From NCBI GenBank assembly GCA_035513345.1, contig DATKCF010000042.1, forward strand, positions 20,257 to 84,256: a DNA stretch of 64,000 nt, written 5' to 3'. A program made the translations under genes and the position numbers. Shown here piece by piece: positions 61,121-64,000 of this stretch. This DNA is from Longimicrobiales bacterium. Lineage in GTDB: Bacteria > Gemmatimonadota > Gemmatimonadetes > Longimicrobiales > RSA9. Position 1 is the stretch's first letter. Each line of letters opens with the position of its first letter. The notes beneath the pieces are model-generated. The model was not told the DNA's origin, ran no database searches, and was given only the letters and a program-made list of their open reading frames with translations.

Positions 61121-63402
61121 TCAGATTCTGAGAAGGTAGCTCAGCTTGATGAAGAAGCCATCGTCGGCGCGGCGAAGTGCGCCCAGCGAGCTGCGGGTCG
61201 CGGAGGCGAGCGTACTGCCGTACCCGACGAACAGGACGGTTCCGGGGGTCGGCTGGTATGAGAACAGCCAGTCGGCGCGGAACCGGCCTCGGTCGAAGCC
61301 GGTCGCACGCGTGCATGCGGTCGGACCAGGGTTGCAGAACAGAATCGGCAAGCCGGTCCGGGAGTCATCGTAGAGGTCGTCCTGGCGCTCGGAGTCGTAC
61401 TCGCCGACGAGCCGGACGAAGATAGGCCGGGAGAGCTGATACTCGAGCTTGAGGCGGGGGATCTGGCGCAGCCCGACCGTCGAGCCGTCGGACGTCCGCC
61501 GGTAGCTCTGCACGACGTAGGTTCCGTTGACACGCATGCGGTCGCTCGGCCGCCACGTCACGCCCGCATTGCCGAGTACGATCCAGGCCGGCGCCCACTC
61601 GAAGAAGTTTTCGTCGCGGCCCGCGGCAACGAACATATTGGCCGAAAAGGTCGAGAACTGTGGCGTGGCGACGGTCAGCATGACGTCGTAGTTCGTGATG
61701 CGCTCCGTGCCGACGTAGGGATCGTGTCCGTGCCCGCGTCGATCCAGTAGTCCGTGTAGAGAGCTTCGGGGTAGCGGAACGATTCGAGCAGGAGCGTGAG
61801 CCCGGTTCGCCGCGCAGGGCGAAGCTGCCACCGAGGTGCAGCTTCTGGTCGTCAGGCTCGGTGCCGGCCACGAAGCGGTCCCAGATCCAGGTGCCGTCGA
61901 ACGTCAGCGTACCGGTGAAGCTCTCGAGGAACGCATCGCGTTCGCCATGGAACGTCAGCGATGGGCGGAAGCTCGCGTGCGACGCCGGCCCGGCCGATGA
62001 AGCCCGACGCGGCACGGAACTCGTCGTGCGTTCCCTCGACGATGGATGTGAAGCCGAATCGGCGGCCGCGTCGTGAAGCGTTCAACTCGAAGATCGGTCG
62101 CCACGCGGTCGATGTCGTACCGTTGCCGGTGAAGCTCAAGCCGGACTGTGCGAGGACCGTGTAGATGCCGCCGAAAACGAGCCTGGTGTCCGCTGCCGCG
62201 AGGCGGTTGTACGACGACCCCTCGATACGGTCGGTGTAGGCGATACCGAGCGTCGAGTTCGCGCCGAGGTCGCGGCGTACGCGCAGAACGTTGAACAGCG
62301 CGTTGTCGCCCGATGCCGACAGGCCGTCATCCTCGACGGCCGTGAGGAAAGCGACATCCGTGTTCGACAGCTTGCCGGTGAACTTGGCGGCCGCTACGGG
62401 ATCCACGATGCGGCGAGTGTAGATCAGCTGGTTCGGTGTCGCGAAGTTCTCGCTCGCTTCCAGAAAGAACGGCCGCTTCTCCGCGAAGAACAGGGCCCGG
62501 CGAGGGTCGAAGCTCAGCTGGCCGGCGTCCGATTCGACCTGCGAGAAATCCGGATTGATCGTCCCGTTCATTGTGAGATTCGACGTGATGCCCCACCGAA
62601 TGTTGACGCCCGGCTCCGGTGTGCCGGCGTCATAGTCCCAACCGTCGGGCCCGCGTGCGCCATCAGCCCTCGCCGTCAGGACCGGATTGATGTCGAGGAC
62701 CGGACCACGGCGCATGTCGCGCAACTGCTCGAGCGTGCCGCTCTGCGCCAGGAACGATGCGCGGTCGCGGCGAGCCGCCGTCCACGTCTGCTGATGGCCC
62801 GAGTGCTGAACCTGCCGAACGATGTTGATGCCCCACGTCTGCTCGGTCTCCGGCTGGTAGCGCAGGCTCGCGAACGGAATGCGGATCTCGACCTCGTAGC
62901 CCCAGTCCGTCAGCCTGCCGCGCGACTCGAAGACGAAGTCCGGATTCAGGTCCTCGGCGGAACCCTCCGTCCAGACACCGTCGGCCTGGACGCCCTACGG
63001 ATTCACGCCGAACGCGAGCGCGCGCCGGCGGTCATTGAATGTGTCGAGCAGGATCCTGACGTTATCGTCCGTGTCGATGCGGTCACGGTCCGCCCGCGTC
63101 GCGTTCACAACGCCGTGCGGCTCGAATGCACGAACGCCGAAGTACAGCTCGCGCTCGTTGTACCAGACCAGCACCTCGGTCGAGTCCGCTGCGTCGACGC
63201 CATCGATCGGCTGGTAGTGCGAGAAGCCTGTGAGGATCGCCGCCTCGGCCCATGCCGCCTCGTCGAGGACGCCGTCGATCGTCGCACGGCCCGCGATACG
63301 AGGCGCCACGACCGCAGTGTTCACACGGCCATCGTAGATGTTGAACGGCGCTGGCGGCCCGCCCGGTATGGTACCACTCAGCACAGCGAGTTCCAGCAGC
63401 AT
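61121..63402 (-). pseudogene. Disrupted DUF5916 / CBM9-like (DOMON-like) outer-membrane-associated protein gene
   Basis: The N-terminal piece (IDGVLDEAAWAEAAILTGFSHYQP...FGVNP) ends at an in-frame TAG (62997-62995), and the same frame continues GVQADGVWTEG... The reading frame then changes near 61980, near 61800 and near 61735 before ending in a beta-barrel-like C-terminus ...FFIKLSYLLRI. Confidence 0.7.
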
Positions 63403-63409
63403 CGCGGCC

Positions 63410-63703
63410 TCAGCGAACTCCGCCCGAGACGTATTTCGCCGGAATCGGGTTGTCAGGCCGCTCCGAGTCCCAGAAGATCGTGATCATCCACCAGCGCTCG
63501 CCATCATTGCACAACTGGTCCCTGGCCTCGCCCACCGGACCCGAGATCACGTCGTGGACCGCCGTGATGATCGCATTCAGAGAGCCTGCGTCGGCCGGCT
63601 TCGCGGAACGGACCTGTTCCTGGGCCGCTGTCGGCGATGCAACGAGGAGTGCGGCGATCAACACCACGACGGCTTGCCGGACCAGTGCGAGCGGGCGTTC
63701 CAT
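63410..63703 (-). CDS. Small secreted hypothetical protein
   Basis: ATG at 63703 gives the signal peptide MERPLALVRQAVVVLIAALLVASPTAAQE. 97 aa. No family recognised. Confidence 0.45.
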   Translation of the reverse strand: MERPLALVRQAVVVLIAALLVASPTAAQEQVRSAKPADAGSLNAIITAVHDVISGPVGEARDQLCNDGERWWMITIFWDSERPDNPIPAKYVSGGVR

Positions 63704-64000
63704 TCCGATTCGGCTCCATGTTCCTTGGGAGGAGCCGCAAGCGTAGGTGAGAAAACAGCGGCGCGCAAACGGGCGGGGACGAACGAACCGGAAACGAGGA
63801 TGGTCGGGGCGCCGCACCATTCGTGTCGTTCTCGCCGCCGACACGATTTGCGTCCTCCCGTCGGATGAAAGCGAGGGCGACCGTCCTGGACGATCGCCCT
63901 CCAGTCCGTCGGACGGCAGGTACCGCGCGAATCCCCGAACCCGCGGTGACCTTCCGAACGCCGGATGCTACTCCATTACAACCGCCGGATTCGTGTCCAA

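Noticed and set aside
61365-62015. 216-aa minus-strand ORF as an independent gene
   Set aside because: Only its first ~65 residues (HASFRPSLTFHGERDAF...FALRGEPG) look protein-like, and they fit as a frame-shifted internal piece of the DUF5916-like gene. The remainder is Arg-rich read-through.
62995-62997. In-frame TAG as programmed recoding or readthrough (for example pyrrolysine or suppression)
   Set aside because: The same gene carries additional frame disruptions downstream, and I saw no recoding machinery or signal. Pseudogenisation, or a local sequence error, is the simpler explanation.
1-64000. Search for mobile elements, prophage genes, tRNA/rRNA, toxin-antitoxin pairs or obvious compositional islands
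   Set aside because: I saw no integrase, transposase or recombinase motifs, no terminal inverted repeats flanking gene blocks, and no tRNA-like cloverleaf candidates in the intergenic gaps. Composition looks uniform apart from short promoter regions. The window therefore appears to be native chromosome.

Overview
High-GC, gene-dense chromosomal segment of a diderm bacterium with about 50 protein genes. I saw no rRNA, tRNA, CRISPR array, transposase or integrase. Gene content (BNR/sortilin-like protein, DUF4159, MoxR-DUF58-BatA cluster, many secreted peptidases, Gly/Arg-rich inserts) resembles Gemmatimonadota-like lineages, but that is inference only. Left third (1-26.6 kb): a GAF-PAS-GGDEF-EAL protein, NhaA, several secreted peptidases, a BNR/sortilin-like protein, tandem GNAT genes, DinB, a fused membrane/spermidine-synthase protein, YceI, and an OmpR-type two-component pair with a downstream outer-membrane-like gene. 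Middle (26.9-42.8 kb): a nine-gene, plus-strand Bat-like cluster. It holds 2x DUF4159, a vWA/amidotransferase-like membrane protein, a legumain-like protein with Ser in place of the catalytic Cys, a TPR/HExxH peptidase, MoxR, DUF58, a BatA/vWA protein, and a 1236-aa DUF4175-like protein with a Gly-Gln tandem repeat. Next come endonuclease IV, DUF5335 and a NarL-type two-component pair. The most interesting part is a ~10-kb minus-strand locus (46.3-56.6 kb). It encodes five multiheme c-type cytochromes (8+8+11+21+16 = 64 CXXCH motifs counted by eye), a b-type cytochrome membrane subunit and a beta-barrel candidate, with six of the genes linked by 4-nt start/stop overlaps. This looks like a complete but atypical quinol-to-cell-surface electron conduit. 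Right end: a PAS/GAF histidine kinase, a CBS-pair protein, an eRF1-like (baeRF) protein and a DUF5916/CBM9-like gene broken by an in-frame TAG and several frameshifts. Family calls come from motif recognition by eye, and all coordinates and motif counts were read or counted by hand. No database search was run.
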